Origin: Mustelus asterias
Lineage: Eukaryota
Reading direction: 5' to 3'
DNA length: 64,000 nucleotides
NCBI RefSeq assembly: GCF_964213995.1
Contig: NC_135809.1
Span: 117,552,001-117,616,000 of the forward strand
Made by a program: the position numbers and the translations under genes. Below, piece after piece: positions 60,791 through 64,000 of the stretch (positions within the stretch are counted from its first letter, which is position 1; every line of letters starts with the position of its first letter). The notes under the pieces were generated by a model. It was not told the origin of the DNA. It made no database searches and saw nothing but the letters and a program-made list of their open reading frames with translations.

Positions 60791-61040
60791 CCAACTGATT
60801 GGACCTTATTACCACCATATCCAAAAAGCAAAATAGAGTGCTTTTTACCAAAGGTCTAGATGCTGTTCATTGCAAAGTCCAAAAATGAATTTCAAAAGAA
60901 GCAAATGTAAAAGCAATATTTACACAATGTTCTATTCACATCTGTCTCTGGGTTGTCACATTGTCTCTGTGCATCCCACAATGACCACAGTCTTGGCCCT
61001 TGTAAACAACAAGATTGTGTAGCTTTATAACATGTTAATA

Positions 61041-61915
61041 GGCTTGAACTTCCGCAGAGTGGCAATCAAAATCAGATTCTTCTTTAATTTTTTTCGATCC
61101 TGTTTCGCCTGACCCTCTGGCTCAGGCTGGGTGAGAACTGTGCAGGACAGAGTGCTCTTAAGGCCTTCAGTTGAACACTGCTACATCAGAGGGAGGGGGG
61201 TCACGTCATCTTTTTATTGTACTATCTGCCATAATAACAGGTAAGTTTAAAGGTTGGGGCTGGTGGGGTGTGGAGTTTGTCAGATCTGCTCATGGATACT
61301 GGGTGCAGGGTGTTGGGTCAGGCTTTGATGGAGTTGTGTGGGCAGGGGTAATGGGGCGGATCTCATTTGGCTGTGCCTTGGCAAAGGGGGATATGGGGTC
61401 ACTGGGGGGAACGGTGTGAGAGTCAGGAGTCAGGCCTTGGGTAGCGGGGGGAAACTCGTGGGGTGCAGGTTATGCCTTGGGTTAAGAGTCAGGGGGGCAG
61501 AGATTCAGGTCTGGGGTTAAGTGAGGAGATGGTGGTGGTGGTGTGAGAAGAGTCCCATTGGCCAGGGGGTTTGAGTGGGGGAGGGGGGTCACCCCATAGG
61601 GGTTTCATGTGGGTCTGTACAGTAGTTACCCAGAAAGTAAAAGCAGTGTTAATTTTTTGAACTTTCTGTGTAACTATTGATGTAACACAGTCGAAACCAT
61701 TCAAAGTTTACAATTTAAATTCCATTTTGGATGGTTCCTCGTGCAGGGAATTGCCCTTACACTTACACTTCCCAGGCAAGTGCTGTGTAAACCTTAGTTG
61801 GGAAAGTCCAGCAGGTAGCTCCCCAGCACCTTTTTGGGGTACCCTCCAGTTGGACTGGAGTTCAGACGTTACAGCCCATTTTTTCCCCCTAACAGATGAT
61901 GGTCTCGGCAATTAT
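61041..61915 (+). mobile_element. Older GC/G-rich element, probably of the same MITE class
   Basis: Starts ata|ggcttgaacttccg. CAG|GTAAGT at 61238-61246 is followed by G-runs. The right TIR is decayed. Confidence 0.45.
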
Positions 61916-63649
61916 CCAAGAGCTTTTTAGCTATCTTTTAAATAACCAGAAAGGATGTAACGATCCTAATATTGCTTACATTTTAACAAGTTAATGCAAT
62001 GCAAACATGGAACAAAATGGCTGTTTAAACATAAACAATCCAACTCCAAGCTCATAACTTAGCATTCCCTACCCTTGAGCTAGCAAGAAGTCTATAAAGA
62101 GCTTGTCCAATTTAGTACTTATTGGTTGAGGGTATTCTCTAATAATTTTTAACAATGTCATTTTGAATTCAATCTGTTCCTGAAAACATTAAGCCAACAG
62201 TACTTTGTGTGAAAGACAAGACTTCAGATTGAGGTTTTGCCATAACACAACATGTCATTTATCAATGTGACATTAGCAATAAGGTGATGAATTTCCTCGT
62301 GGCACTGCACTTCATAACAGGCTTCAAGTCAGCCGCTGGGTACACAGATTTAATTCACTGTAAAACACCACAGTTACGACTTGAAAAGGGGCTATACATA
62401 GTTTTTATTATTTTTGCACTAATCTCTGCTAATGTATCTTAATTTGGTTGAACATTTTTTGGCTGAATAAAATGCTACCTGGCAAGTTACTAAGTGTTTG
62501 CTGACATGTTCACGTTGCCAGCTGAAATAACTACCCAAGTCCACAACTTTAGTGAGGCTATGTCCTATGACATAACTTATTGGAATTATAATACTGCTAA
62601 TATGATAGCTTTTGACATATAGTGAAATACAGATTAATTATCTGCAGCCCAATTATCTCACGTCCCAGTAATACAGTCGAATTTTCATGGGACAAAGTAC
62701 TGCACAAGGTATTATTTCTTGGACAATTCTATCTGCCCATGTTTCTTCTTTTACTGGTGAATAAATGCTTTCCTCGTTTGCTTTGTATTAATCTTCATCC
62801 TAAAGTGTTCTTCTACTATATGTATAAGACCAAGTTTCAAATACTAAACCTGGAAGAGAACCAAGTTTTTATTTTTCATTGAACAAACTCACTTCTAGCC
62901 CCTCTCAATTTAACTTCCGAGAATGGACTGAAGGTGGGTCATCCTGTGTAATGAATGATCTCTGAGATGTGAAAAGTAACTAGACAAGGGACTGAGACAG
63001 GCTGACTTCAACAATTGCATGATTGTAAAATTTTATGTAATTAGTAGCCAGAATTGTGTTCCACAGACAAAAGGTTGTTTACTAATGTGAACCACCAAAC
63101 TTGTATTTCTAGAGGCAAGTATCAGCTTTGTCTCAGCTGTGTGCTTCAAGGTATTTATTTTACTAATGTGAAAACAAAATTGTACTTTTATATGATAACG
63201 CAGAGTTTCAAAAGTACTTGAATTACTTTAAGTATTGTTACGAAGGCTGAAATATCTTTTCAGCAAGAAAATTAGGGAGAAAGAAACCTTCAGGTAATAG
63301 GTCGGACTGATGGTCGAATCTTAATGGGCATGCATTCCCTAACTGGAAGGTTACAAATGGGTCAGATTTCTTGTTATTATCACTTTTATTCACAGGCTGA
63401 GATCAGTCAAAATTACTTCAGTAAGAAAGTTGATCACATTTTGAGCTTACTTTCTGACAAATCATTGCTATCATAACTTTGTTAAAAACTGGTGGGCCCT
63501 TTCCCTCACCCCCTTTAAGAATTTAGTACTGACTTACATTAACATGTTATAAACACCACCAAAAGTGAGGTTGCATATTGCTGAAAGAGGCCTGTGTTTC
63601 TGTCACCTGACTTGGATGTGTTGGTAATTCATTGTAGGTATTGACCCTC

Positions 63650-63955
63650 CTTTCTTGCATTTATATAGCACCTTCGACATCTTTGGGGCATCCCAAAGTA
63701 CTTCATAGCCATTGAAATGCCTTTGAAGTGTGGTCAGAATTTTGATGTATGAAAACATAGTAACTAATTTGTGCACAGTAAGATCCACAAGCAACAGTGG
63801 CATAAATAACCATTTAAAAGTTATGTTTGTGTTGATTGGGTAATGAACACTGCTCAAGGCACCGGAGACCTCCACTCTTTGAATAATGAAATGAAATTTT
63901 TTTTTCATGTCCACAAAAAAAAGAGACTCTGTTTAACATCTCTCTCGAGTTGTTA
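63650..63955 (-). mobile_element. Deu-domain SINE remnant with an L2-like tail
   Basis: cttgcatttatatagcacctt...tcccaaagtacttcatagcc...aatttgtgcacagtaagatccac. Confidence 0.68.
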
Positions 63956-64000
63956 ATGGTTTATTACACTATGATCTCAATATCAAGAAGATAGAGTAAT

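Noticed and set aside
63263-63293. Possible micro-exon (ttttcag...cag|gtaata)
   Set aside because: It has an in-frame TAG in the phase following the 189-bp exon and no similarity to the next ELP4 exon (NKAIIARV...LYKDYH).

Overview
This is eukaryotic, repeat-rich vertebrate DNA. The repeat set (HE1-type V-SINEs, CR1/HER1-type LINEs, Deu-type SINEs, Rex/Babar, Penelope) points to a shark or other elasmobranch. The window lies inside the ELP4 gene (+ strand). It holds two coding exons with canonical splice sites: 35018-35102 (85 bp, DMNFGYVKLLRSIQRVIRKEGFDGACPQ) and 36582-36770 (189 bp, [22 protein letters not shown]...[30 protein letters not shown]). From memory they match the ELP4 protein and the sizes of human exons 6 and 7. 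I found no other ELP4 exon, so the rest is intron. In jawed vertebrates ELP4 introns host long-range PAX6 enhancers, so the TE-free, motif-rich islands here are candidate Pax6 enhancers (about 15.2-16.6 kb, 33.5-37.8 kb including a perfect RFX X-box, and 62-63.6 kb). Most of the remainder is nested transposon debris. Highlights: (i) Penelope-type ends carrying minimal type-I hammerhead ribozyme cores with covarying stems and 10-12 bp TSDs, one a fold-back palindrome; (ii) GC-rich TIR elements with 3-bp AT-rich TSDs (PIF/Harbinger-like), whose long members carry a consensus splice donor plus G-runs, two of them with a perfect NRF1 palindrome; (iii) a V-SINE variant whose tail resembles Rex/Babar rather than CR1. 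Boundaries of old repeats are approximate, and all identifications are by eye with no database searches.
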